From the NCBI GenBank assembly GCA_964632355.1, contig CAZWBW010000001.1, positions 21,973 to 85,972 on the forward strand: a stretch of DNA of 64,000 bases. Direction: 5' to 3'. Numbering within the stretch: the stretch's first letter is position 1; every line of letters begins with the position of its first letter. The stretch is from an uncultured Anaerolineaceae bacterium (GTDB lineage Bacteria; Chloroflexota; Dehalococcoidia; Tepidiformales; Tepidiformaceae). The notes beneath the pieces were generated by a model. The model had not been told where the DNA came from. It ran no database searches and saw nothing but the letters and a program-made list of their open reading frames with translations. Positions 43,997 to 52,292 of the stretch are shown here, piece by piece. Both the position numbers and the translations under genes were made by a program.

Positions 43997-45340
43997 TTAG
44001 GCGGCGAGCAGTGCGTATGGCGCTTCGAGCAAATCTCGTACGCGTGCGAGGAACCACGCGGCCTGCCCCGGTGCGACCATCGCCGGGTCGTACGCGAGCG
44101 TCAGCACGGTCATCGGCGCCGGGACGAGTTCGTTCCCTTCGACCACCGCCAGCTCCCGCACGGCTCCCACCGACAGCGCCAGCGGCCGCCCCTCCGTGAG
44201 CTCCGGCGATCCCTCGTCGATGCCCCACTCCGCGAACGACACGAGTTCGAACCCGTGCTCGTCTTCGGCCGGTGCGCTCCAGCCCGCCGACAGCGCTTCG
44301 ACCGCCTCCCGGAAGGGCGTCGAACTTGCACCGCCAAGCACGGTGCTCCGCGTGCCTTCGCGTTCCGGCACTACCAGCGCCACGCTGTCGGACATCCCGG
44401 TTTCGACCAGCGCTCGCCCGGCCGCCCGTACGAGCACATCCTCATCGCGGGGCTCGATGGGCTGCCATTCCCGCGCCAGTTGTGCGCACATCTTGCGCAC
44501 TTCGCGGAGGTCGACGCGTGTGCGCAGGTACTGCACGTTGGCGGCGGCCGTCGCCAGGTTCACCGCGAACGCGTCCATCGCCTCGTCCCCGGCCGGTTCG
44601 TCGCTGACAGGGCTCTCGTTGCTTGGTTCGAGGTCCTCCGCCCGGGTGACGCCCGGCGCGAACGGCGCAACGTCGAAGTACCGCCGCGGGTCATCGCCCG
44701 GTTCTTTCACCGGCGGCTCGCCGTCGCCTGCCACCGGCGCGGTCTCGAAAGCCTCCTCGATCTCCGTGCCAGCCTTCCACTCTCCTCCGACACGAAGGTC
44801 GTCGCCGATGACCGGCGCCCAGGAGCTGTCCTCGTCCGGTATCGGGGGCGGCTCGGGCAGGGTGTTTCGGCGAAGCGGAAGAATCGGTCGAGGCTCCTCC
44901 TCCCGGGCCTCCTCCGGCGCATCTTCGGCCGCCGGCAGGGTGTCCGCGACGCTGAACTCCTCACGCGGGACACCCTCATTGGATTCCCATGTGTGGCCGG
45001 CCTCGACCTGGGACGCCGCCTCCGTTTCGAACAATGGCTCGCCGGCTTCGGCCTCCGTTTCGTTCGTTCTGGCCGGCTCGTCGAATCCCTCCGGGACTCG
45101 TTCGCCCGGCGCGAGCACCAGCGCGACTACCTCGCCTGCTGTGACGTGGTCGCTGCTCAGCGCCCGATGCCGGACGATGCCGTCCGTTTCCGCTTCGACG
45201 TCGACCGTGACGTACTCGCTTTCGAGGCAGAAGACCAGTTCGCCCGCGCTCACGGTCGCCCCGTCCGGGCAATACCAGCGCGCGATGCGGCCCGACTTCC
45301 ACCCCATCCCAAGGTTCGGGACGGCGACTTCACCAGCCAT
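43997..45340 (-). CDS. Degenerate lipoyl-domain / 2-oxoacid dehydrogenase E2-like protein (predicted catalytically inactive)
   Basis: The N-terminal biotinyl/lipoyl-like barrel has LESEYVTVDVEA where E[ST]DKA is expected. A long acidic/Pro-rich linker follows. The C-terminal E2 catalytic-domain-like region ends LTLAYDPAMVAPGQAAWFL where DHRxxDG is expected. Confidence 0.65.
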   Translation of the reverse strand: MAGEVAVPNLGMGWKSGRIARWYCPDGATVSAGELVFCLESEYVTVDVEAETDGIVRHRALSSDHVTAGEVVALVLAPGERVPEGFDEPARTNETEAEAGEPLFETEAASQVEAGHTWESNEGVPREEFSVADTLPAAEDAPEEAREEEPRPILPLRRNTLPEPPPIPDEDSSWAPVIGDDLRVGGEWKAGTEIEEAFETAPVAGDGEPPVKEPGDDPRRYFDVAPFAPGVTRAEDLEPSNESPVSDEPAGDEAMDAFAVNLATAAANVQYLRTRVDLREVRKMCAQLAREWQPIEPRDEDVLVRAAGRALVETGMSDSVALVVPEREGTRSTVLGGASSTPFREAVEALSAGWSAPAEDEHGFELVSFAEWGIDEGSPELTEGRPLALSVGAVRELAVVEGNELVPAPMTVLTLAYDPAMVAPGQAAWFLARVRDLLEAPYALLAA

Positions 45341-45573
45341 GACGCGTCTCCCCGTCCGGGCTCACCGCCCGGGTTCTATTTCTAGTGACGGCAGCGAGAC
45401 CGGTTTCGGCAGGGTCTTCTTCCTTCGAACCGGAATTTCGCACTGGCCGGTTACGGACCGGTGACCCCGGCGCGGGCTCGGCGGTCCTGTGAGCGTTAGA
45501 ACTTCGACAGAAGGGTGAAAGGAAGGTCGAAACCCGGTTTCCGGAAAGTGGATATCGAGTATCCTGCTCGTTG

Positions 45574-46665
45574 ATGAAGCGCTGGATCTTCACGGCGATA
45601 TTGGGGGTAACCCTGTTGGGGGCCGTCGTCGCGGCCGGAGCACGCCCATCTCCTGGACCCGCCACTGCCCACGAGGTCCATGCACTCGAATTCGCCGTGC
45701 ACACCCCGGACGGCCGCCCCATCGCCCTACACTTCACGGTCCGCGCAGATTCAGTTGCGGACGCGCATAGCGCGGCACGCGCCGCGGCGCAGCAACTGCT
45801 CCCCGAAGTTGACCTGGACGTCGCCGAGGGACGCGCAGAAGCCGCCTACGCGTTCTGGTCCCATACCTGGCGCCTCGACCAGCTCCCCGTGCCGGTGGCG
45901 TACAACCCGGCTGGTGCGCCCGTCACCGTTACCGAGGACCACATCACCGCGGGCATCCAGCCCTGGAACGCGGTCGAAACCAGCGCCTTCCGCATCACCT
46001 ACACCGGCCTCACCGACAGGACTCCTGGCGCGTACTCCGGCGATCTGGACGGCCAGAACACCATCGGCTGGGCGAACCTCGACTGCTCAGAGGGCTGTGT
46101 CCTCGGCGTTGCCGCCGCGGGTGAGGGCGAAGTCGACATCGTTTTGAACAGCAACCCGGTCGCCGGCCTCGGCGATGGCGCTGGTTTCAGCGTCGACACC
46201 GGATGGGTCGTCCTCCACGAAGTCGGGCACCTCGCGGGCCTCGAACACTCCTGCGACCCTCGAATCGAAGGCGACTGCGAAGGCGAGGAACTCGACGCCG
46301 TTATGTACCCGCTCTACCGCGGCGGCGTGCGCTCGCTCGGCGCCTACGACATCGGTGCCATCTCGGCGCTCTACCCCCGCGCGGAAGAGCCAATCGCACC
46401 TCCCGCCGGCAGCACCGACCCCGACTCTCTGGTCGAACTCAACCGCGGGTGGAATCTTGTCGTGCTCCCGCCGGGTCCCTTGGAATCGACCGCCCGCGCG
46501 CTGCGCTGCGTCGACGCCATCTACGCGTTCATTGATGGCGAATGGCGGGTCTGGCTCCGCGATGCCGCACCGAGTCTCAACACCCTCACCGTCGCAGAAG
46601 AGGGCATGGGCTTCTGGCTCCACTCGACGGGTACCTGCGGACTTTCGTTCACCGCTGTTTCGTGA
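45574..46665 (+). CDS. Secreted zinc metalloprotease, matrixin/metzincin (M10-like) with C-terminal beta domain
   Basis: It has a signal peptide (MKRWIFTAILGVTLLGAVVAAGA), the motif HEVGHLAGLEH and a Met-turn (AVMYP). The C-terminal roughly 90 aa carry GWNLVVLP...W.VW...G.GFWL. Confidence 0.75.
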   Translation: MKRWIFTAILGVTLLGAVVAAGARPSPGPATAHEVHALEFAVHTPDGRPIALHFTVRADSVADAHSAARAAAQQLLPEVDLDVAEGRAEAAYAFWSHTWRLDQLPVPVAYNPAGAPVTVTEDHITAGIQPWNAVETSAFRITYTGLTDRTPGAYSGDLDGQNTIGWANLDCSEGCVLGVAAAGEGEVDIVLNSNPVAGLGDGAGFSVDTGWVVLHEVGHLAGLEHSCDPRIEGDCEGEELDAVMYPLYRGGVRSLGAYDIGAISALYPRAEEPIAPPAGSTDPDSLVELNRGWNLVVLPPGPLESTARALRCVDAIYAFIDGEWRVWLRDAAPSLNTLTVAEEGMGFWLHSTGTCGLSFTAVS

Positions 46666-46725
46666 AACCTGCTATCGATTTGCTCGGCCGGTGCTAGACT
46701 CATCCGAAGCGATTGGAGGACGCGC

Positions 46726-47466
46726 GTGGCGGGCGACACACCATTCGACTACGGCATTTGCGTTGGCGATGCCGGCGCCTGGACTTCGGCACTGTCGGTA
46801 CTCGGGTTCGAACCCGAACCGGTGACTCAATCGGCCACGCCGGCCGGGGACCCACTAGGAGCGCTTCACAACCCCAAGAGCGGTCAGCGGATTCGCCTCT
46901 ACCGTCGCGAGGGTCCGCCTCCGGCCGGCCCGGCTGAGGGCGATGTCAGCATCGGCATCCCCGTGGAGGGCGATCCCCACGAGGTGCTCGAATCACTCCG
47001 AACAGCTGCATCCTCCCTGCCCTTCGGCGCGGTTGAGGACCTCCCGAAGGAGAAGGGACTCGCCGTTACCGTGGACGGCCAGCGGCTCATCCTGACGTCA
47101 CGCCGCGAACCCTTCACAGTCGTCCACTACTCCGACGGCGCCTGGCACGAGGTCCTCGAGTTCTACGAGAGCGTGCTTGGCTTCTGCTTCTTTCCGCTGC
47201 CCGACCGGGGCAACGCCGTTCGCACCCGGCTCGAGAATGCGCTCGGCAGGGTCGACCTCGAAGCGAGCCCCGACACGCCGGCACGGGACAGCGCTTCCAC
47301 CCGGCATTTCCGCCTCGCGAACGCAAAGCTCGACCAGGCCGAGGAGAATCTGCCCGGTTCGCGACACGGGCGCTGGGTCGAACCCCCGCGCGACGGGCGC
47401 GCCTGGATCGAAGGACCGGCGGGCGAAGTTATGGAGGTTGTCGGCCGACCGGCGTCGGACAAATAA
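46726..47466 (+). CDS. VOC (glyoxalase/bleomycin-resistance-like) family protein, putative
   Basis: GGAGGA lies 5 nt upstream of the GTG. The C-terminal half shows a VOC-like pattern (WHEVLEFYESVLGF...HFRLA...GEVMEVV). The N-terminal half is unassigned. Confidence 0.5.
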   Translation: MAGDTPFDYGICVGDAGAWTSALSVLGFEPEPVTQSATPAGDPLGALHNPKSGQRIRLYRREGPPPAGPAEGDVSIGIPVEGDPHEVLESLRTAASSLPFGAVEDLPKEKGLAVTVDGQRLILTSRREPFTVVHYSDGAWHEVLEFYESVLGFCFFPLPDRGNAVRTRLENALGRVDLEASPDTPARDSASTRHFRLANAKLDQAEENLPGSRHGRWVEPPRDGRAWIEGPAGEVMEVVGRPASDK

Positions 47467-47472
47467 CACCGG

Positions 47473-48054
47473 ATGATGACCGAAGGGACCAGCCCGGCCA
47501 CCGTCGAATCCGAGACCCCGGAGAACTCGCCGTCCGCGGACTCGTCCACCGAAGCCGGTCCGGCGGTCCCCCAACTCGACGATCCGCCCGGGTCTGCTGG
47601 CCCCGTTCGGAAGGTTGTCATGGTCGCCCTGGTGCTTACCGGGTCCATCCTCTCGGGGCTGGCGGCTGCGCGATTCATCGCCCAAGACAACGGCGACGCT
47701 GTCGCAGTCGTCGAAACGCCAACGCCCACCCCGACGCCAACCGCCACCCCGACGGCCACCCCGACCGCCACCCCGACGCCGCTCGTTACGCCGACGCCTA
47801 CGCGCCCGGCGGGCGCTGCGCCGTCTACCGGCAATCCGCCGCCACAACCGCGAGTCCCCGAACCAGCGGTGCCCACTCCGACGCCACCGCCCGCGACCGC
47901 GTCGCCTACAGCCACGGCCCCATCGCCCGTCACTCCTACGGAGCCGCCCACCCTGGAGCCGACGGCGTCACCAACCGAAACGGAGACCGCTGCCCCGGGC
48001 ACGCCCGGCGCGGGCACGCCCACCGGCACAGCTACGGCGACAACGGATAGCTAG
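47473..48054 (+). CDS. N-terminally anchored Pro/Thr-rich low-complexity protein
   Basis: It has a TM helix (VVMVALVLTGSILSGLAAARFI) followed by about 130 aa of TPTPTATPTATP-type sequence. Coding status rests on the frame and the ATG context only. Confidence 0.5.
   Translation: MMTEGTSPATVESETPENSPSADSSTEAGPAVPQLDDPPGSAGPVRKVVMVALVLTGSILSGLAAARFIAQDNGDAVAVVETPTPTPTPTATPTATPTATPTPLVTPTPTRPAGAAPSTGNPPPQPRVPEPAVPTPTPPPATASPTATAPSPVTPTEPPTLEPTASPTETETAAPGTPGAGTPTGTATATTDS
47716..47805 (+). repeat. Imperfect tandem repeats encoding (T-P-T-A)n
   Basis: The sequence acgcccaccccgacgccaaccgccaccccgacggccaccccgaccgccaccccgacgcc shows a periodicity of about 12 nt. Confidence 0.6.
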
Positions 48055-48650
48055 GACGCCCGCGCGAGCGACGCCTGGTTCGCCAGGTATTCGACGGCGT
48101 TGCGTACGAACGCCTGCTGCAGGTGCGTCAGCGGTTCGAACTTTAGGTGGAGCACCACTCTCGTGCCGCGCTCGCCCACATCGACGACCCCGCACGGGAG
48201 CGTGGCGCTGTACCCGAACAACTGCAGCCGTGCCTCGACTCGCCTCCCGGCCGGACGCTCGCCTACCTCGATGGCCGCCCCGCCCAGCGAGATGTCGAGG
48301 ATGCGCCCGGAAACCCATGCCTGTGCGAGCCGGGAGCGCACCTCTGCCGGGGCGACGACCGGGTATCGCGTTTGTCCGCGCAGGTCGAACGGGTGGAAGC
48401 GCGTTACCAGCCCGAACAAGCCCAGTCCGCTGTGGCAGCCGAAGTAACGGGCCTTCGCGACCAGCCGGTTCCCGATTTCGCCCGCCACGAGCATCACCTC
48501 CGTCTGGGGTTCGATCGGGAGTGCGGGCTGTGCAATCTGCACGGAAACGCCACCCCCATGAATCGCATGGAGCCTGCCCCGCACGTTCTCGGGGCTGCTT
48601 CCTCGCCAGATCACGCTGACGGGCTCGCCGGGCGCTGGTACTTCACGCAT
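48051..48650 (-). CDS. PilZ-domain (c-di-GMP binding type) protein
   Basis: An RxxxR-like motif (RGQTR) and DISLGGAAI (D.S.GG) lie in the C-terminal barrel. The N-terminal half is a second barrel-like domain. Confidence 0.65.
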   Translation of the reverse strand: MREVPAPGEPVSVIWRGSSPENVRGRLHAIHGGGVSVQIAQPALPIEPQTEVMLVAGEIGNRLVAKARYFGCHSGLGLFGLVTRFHPFDLRGQTRYPVVAPAEVRSRLAQAWVSGRILDISLGGAAIEVGERPAGRRVEARLQLFGYSATLPCGVVDVGERGTRVVLHLKFEPLTHLQQAFVRNAVEYLANQASLARAS

Positions 48651-48767
48651 GTATCAGTACTGTCGGCAAACCCGGCGCGAGAGACAGGGTTCCGCCCCCT
48701 GCTTCCGTGGCGATACGATGCATTCGTGGGGGAACGACCGCCGGATTCTCGCCTCACCGTCCGCAGG

Positions 48768-49286
48768 ATGGACGAACGTGATATCGATGCGGTCACGGCC
48801 GTCGAACGCGTTTCCTTTGCCCACGGCTGGCCCCCGACGGCTTTCCAGCGCGAACTCACCGCGAACAAACTCGCTCGCTACGTGGTACTCGAATCCGGCG
48901 CCGAGCAGCCGCGCATCATCGCCTTCGGCGGCCTCTGGCTCCAGCTCGACGAAGCCCACGTGGTCACCGTAGCGGTCCACCCCGATTTCCGGCGCTCGGG
49001 GTACGGGCTGGTAGTCGTTCGAGCACTACTCGACCTTGCCCGCAACGAAGGGATTGACGTCGCCACGCTCGAAGTGCGGGTTTCGAACCACGCCGCGCGC
49101 CAGCTCTACCGCAAGTGCGGCTTCTACGAAGTCGGCGAACGCAAGCGCTACTACACCGACAATGGCGAAGACGCGGTCATCATGACCACCGAGTCATTCG
49201 ACTCAGCGGGCTTTCAGCGCCACTACCAGCGCCTCGCTGCTGAAGTCGCTAACCGCTTCCCAGCCCTTTGCTCGCTCGTCCCCTGA
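48768..49286 (+). CDS. rimI: Ribosomal-protein-alanine N-acetyltransferase (GNAT)
   Basis: The sequence DIDAVTAVERVSFAHGWPPTAFQREL...VHPDFRRSGYG...ATLEVRVSN.AA..LY.K.GF matches RimI. The start could be the GTG at 48726. Confidence 0.8.
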   Translation: MDERDIDAVTAVERVSFAHGWPPTAFQRELTANKLARYVVLESGAEQPRIIAFGGLWLQLDEAHVVTVAVHPDFRRSGYGLVVVRALLDLARNEGIDVATLEVRVSNHAARQLYRKCGFYEVGERKRYYTDNGEDAVIMTTESFDSAGFQRHYQRLAAEVANRFPALCSLVP

Positions 49287-49354
49287 CTCGCAGTTCGCTA
49301 TCGAACACCGGCGTTCGCTGCCGAACCCTCGCCCGCCTTCGCTACGGTGGGGTC

Positions 49355-50290
49355 ATGGCCGAACAGCTGGTGTACGACAGCATCGTGGTTGGCGGCGGCC
49401 CGGCCGGCCTTTCGGCAGCGCTCCAGCTGGCGCGTTTCAATCGGCACGTGGTCGTGTTCGATAGCGGCATGGGGCGCTCGACCTATCACCAGGTGAACCA
49501 CAACTACCTTGGCTTCCCCGGCGGCATCAGCGTCCGGGACCTTCGCGACCGGGCCCGCAAACACGTCGAAACCTATCCCGTGGCGTTCATCGACGAAGCA
49601 GTCGTCGATGCGTCTCGCGGCGAGGGGGTGTTTCACGTCCGAACCGAGAGCGGCGGCGAGTTCTTTGGCCGCACGATCGTGCTCGCAACAGGCGTCCGCG
49701 ACCACTTTCCGCTCTTCCGCGACTGGGAGGAGTATGTTGGCCGTTCGCTCTTCTGGTGCATCACCTGCGACGGCTACGCGACGCGCGGCAAGCGCATCGT
49801 CATGGTGGGGAACGACGCCGACGCCGGCGTCACCGCACTGCAGTTCCTCCAGTTCACGAAGGACATCGTGATGCTGACGAACGCACCCCACTGCGAAATC
49901 GGCGATGACGTCGTCGCGGCCCTGAACCGGCATGGCATCCCGGTCATCGTGGAGCAGATCAGCGAGGTCCGCGGCCACGCGGGCATCCTCGGGCAGCTCG
50001 TCCTCGGCGGCGGCGACACCCTCGACCTCGATTTCCTTTTCTCGCTCCAGGGCAGCACCCCGAACAGCGAACTCGCCGTCGGGCTGGGCCTCGACCTGAG
50101 CCCCCAGCAGTACATCCTCGCGAACCAGGACCAGCAGACGAACGTCCCCGGTGCGTTCGCTGCCGGCGATGTGACCCGCGACCTGGCACACCAGGTAGCG
50201 ACCGCGGTGCACGAGGCCCTGACGGCAGCCACGGCAGCGAACTACTATCTGTACCTGCCCGATCAGCAGCACGAGACCTACCGGCGCTAG
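49355..50290 (+). CDS. Thioredoxin-reductase-like FAD/NAD(P)-dependent oxidoreductase
   Basis: It has the FAD motif VVGGGPAGLSAA, a redox CxxC (WCITCDG), a second dinucleotide fold (IVMVGNDADAG) and the C-terminal GAFAAGDV. Confidence 0.8.
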   Translation: MAEQLVYDSIVVGGGPAGLSAALQLARFNRHVVVFDSGMGRSTYHQVNHNYLGFPGGISVRDLRDRARKHVETYPVAFIDEAVVDASRGEGVFHVRTESGGEFFGRTIVLATGVRDHFPLFRDWEEYVGRSLFWCITCDGYATRGKRIVMVGNDADAGVTALQFLQFTKDIVMLTNAPHCEIGDDVVAALNRHGIPVIVEQISEVRGHAGILGQLVLGGGDTLDLDFLFSLQGSTPNSELAVGLGLDLSPQQYILANQDQQTNVPGAFAAGDVTRDLAHQVATAVHEALTAATAANYYLYLPDQQHETYRR

Positions 50291-50333
50291 CCTCGCCCGC
50301 CGCGGGGTCCGCTTATCGGGCCATCACGTAGGC

Positions 50334-51062
50334 GTGGTGGTGACAGTGGCGCATGTCCCGCGGCTCTACATCCCCCAGCGGCTCGCACCCGGGCCGTTCA
50401 TGCTCGACGCCGAGCGCTCACGGCGCCTCTATTCGGTCATGCGCCTTCGCGACGGCGACGAATTCCGGCTCTTCAGCGGTGACGGCCGCGAATGGCGCGC
50501 CACGGTGCTGAGCGAAGGGAAGACCGGCCTCCGCTGCGAAGTGCACGAAGTCGTACGCCAGGAGCCCCGGCCGGCCCGCACGATCGAACTCTGGTGCGGC
50601 CTCGTTCGCCCCAGCCGGTTCGACTGGGCCATCGAAAAGGCGGTCGAAGCCGGCGCCGATGTCATCCGGCCGCTCCTTTCCGACTACAGCGCGCGGGGCG
50701 ATGGCGGTTCACGCCAGAAGCACGACCGCTGGCACCGCATCGCGATCGAGGCCGCGGAGCAGTCCGGCCGCCTCTGGGTGCCCGTCATCGCCGAACCCGC
50801 GCGGTTCGGCGATCTCCTGGCCCGTCTTCGCGGGCCGCTCGTCCTCGCCGACCCGGGCGGTATGCCGATTCACGAGGTCGTCCGCCTCCTGCCGCCGTCG
50901 GGCGGCGTCACTGTCGCGGTCGGCCCGGAAGGCGGCTTCTCGCCCGATGAACTGGCCCGTGCACGCGCTGCCGGGGCGCTCCCCTTGCGGCTCGGGCCCA
51001 ACACGCTGCGAACCGAGACCGCGGCGGTCGTCGCGACTGCAGTGCTGCGCGCGTTCGAATAG
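50334..51062 (+). CDS. rsmE: 16S rRNA (uracil1498-N3)-methyltransferase
   Basis: The N-terminus is PRLYIPQ.... The C-terminus has GPEGGFSPDE...LGPNTLRTETAA (SPOUT knot). Confidence 0.85.
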   Translation: MVVTVAHVPRLYIPQRLAPGPFMLDAERSRRLYSVMRLRDGDEFRLFSGDGREWRATVLSEGKTGLRCEVHEVVRQEPRPARTIELWCGLVRPSRFDWAIEKAVEAGADVIRPLLSDYSARGDGGSRQKHDRWHRIAIEAAEQSGRLWVPVIAEPARFGDLLARLRGPLVLADPGGMPIHEVVRLLPPSGGVTVAVGPEGGFSPDELARARAAGALPLRLGPNTLRTETAAVVATAVLRAFE

Positions 51063-51088
51063 CCACCTGCCTACAATCTTTCGCAGCA

Positions 51089-51661
51089 GTGCCAATGGAA
51101 CTGAATAACCACGTACCCCCGGCGATCCTTCGCGAGATGCAAGAGGTGGGGCGCGACCTCTATCGCCTCGCCCTCGTCACCAGTCACGGCGGCAATCTCT
51201 CCGTGCGCGACGGGAACTCGATGTGGATTACCGGGACCGGCACGATGCTTGGTCACCTGCAGGAGCGCCACATCGCCCGCGTCCACGCCGACGGCTCGCA
51301 CGAAGGCCCGCCACCCTCGAGCGATACGCTCCTCCACACGACCATCTACGCGCTCAATGGCGCCACGGCGCTGGTCCATGCTCACCCGCGCCATGCCATC
51401 GCCCTCTCGTTCGATACCGACTGCTTCGTTCCCGGCGACCTCGAAGGCCAGCTCCACCTGAAGCAGGTCCCGGTCGTCGAACCCGGTGACCGGCAGGTCG
51501 AGCAGATCGCGCACCTCCTGCAGGCGAACCTCGTGGTGCTGCTTCGGGGCCACGGCGCCTACGCCCGCGGCCAGTCGCTCTGGGAAGCGCTGCACTGGAT
51601 CACCGCGCTCGAGGAGAGCGCGCACATCGAAGTCATTCGGCGAAGCATCGGGTCACGCTGA
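51089..51661 (+). CDS. Class II aldolase/adducin-family protein
   Basis: The sequence TSHGGNLSVRDGNSMWITGTG...LVHAHP is present. Length is 190 aa. The substrate is unknown. Confidence 0.8.
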   Translation: MPMELNNHVPPAILREMQEVGRDLYRLALVTSHGGNLSVRDGNSMWITGTGTMLGHLQERHIARVHADGSHEGPPPSSDTLLHTTIYALNGATALVHAHPRHAIALSFDTDCFVPGDLEGQLHLKQVPVVEPGDRQVEQIAHLLQANLVVLLRGHGAYARGQSLWEALHWITALEESAHIEVIRRSIGSR

Positions 51662-51704
51662 CACGGTGCGAACCGGCCGCTCGGGCGGTACCATCCGCCG
51701 GGCC

Positions 51705-52292
51705 ATGCTGTTTCCGCGCGAAACCGTCGATGCGATCGCGGCAGGCAGAGTAACGGTCGCGTTCCGTAAGTGGCGGCGGCCCACCGTTCGTGCTGGCGGA
51801 ACGCTCCAAACCCCCGCCGGCCTGCTCGGCATCGAAGCGGTCGAACGGATCGAGGAGTCCGATATTACCGACTCCGACGCGCACGACGCGGGCTATCAGT
51901 CGCGCGACGAGTTGCTCCGCTGGCTGCGCCGGCGCGACGAAGGGGAGCTCTACCGGGTTCGCTTCCGGGTCGCTGGCCCCGATCCGCGCATCGCCCTCCG
52001 CAACGACACGTCGCTCGACGCCGATACGTACGCCGGGCTCGTCGCCCGCCTCGACCGCCTCGATCGGTCCAGTACGCATGGCCCGTGGACGCTCGACACC
52101 CTTCGGCTCATCCGTGAACGCCCGGCGGTGCGTGCGGCCGACCTCGCCACGCACTTCGGCCGCGAAACGCTCCCGTTCAAGGCGGACGTCCGCAAGCTGA
52201 AAGCCCTTGGCCTCACCGAAAGCCTCGAGGTGGGGTATCGGCTCTCGCCGCGTGGCGAAGCACTCCTGGCGCGCCTCGAAGGCGACGGCTAG
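51705..52292 (+). CDS. ASCH-like domain fused to a winged-helix-like C-terminal domain (hypothetical)
   Basis: The N-terminus has AIAAGRVTVAFRKWRRP...G (ASCH/PUA-like pattern). The C-terminus has IRERPAVRAADLATHFGRE...VRKLKALGLTESL (wHTH-like). Confidence 0.45.
   Translation: MLFPRETVDAIAAGRVTVAFRKWRRPTVRAGGTLQTPAGLLGIEAVERIEESDITDSDAHDAGYQSRDELLRWLRRRDEGELYRVRFRVAGPDPRIALRNDTSLDADTYAGLVARLDRLDRSSTHGPWTLDTLRLIRERPAVRAADLATHFGRETLPFKADVRKLKALGLTESLEVGYRLSPRGEALLARLEGDG

Noticed and set aside
45341-45573. A lower-GC 230-nt divergent intergenic region between the E2-like and metalloprotease genes, examined for an ncRNA or riboswitch.
   Set aside because: It has only short 5-bp hairpins. I could recognise no conserved riboswitch, SRP, 6S, tmRNA or RNase P core strings. 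It is most simply two divergent promoters.
46801-46830. A tRNA T-arm-like string, CTCGGGTTCGAACCCGAACC.
   Set aside because: It lies inside a well-framed CDS (LSVLGFEPEPV). No acceptor, D or anticodon arms can be built around it. I found no tRNA elsewhere in the window either.
47163-48029. A 288-aa Gly/Val-rich minus-strand ORF.
   Set aside because: It is the antisense shadow of the Pro/Thr-rich gene and the VOC-like gene, produced by the low-complexity repeat.
48051-48054. Convergent genes share a palindromic CTAG as overlapping stop codons. The same pattern occurs at 52289-52292.
   Set aside because: This is a trivial consequence of TAG being read on both strands, and is common in compact genomes. 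There is no evidence of function.
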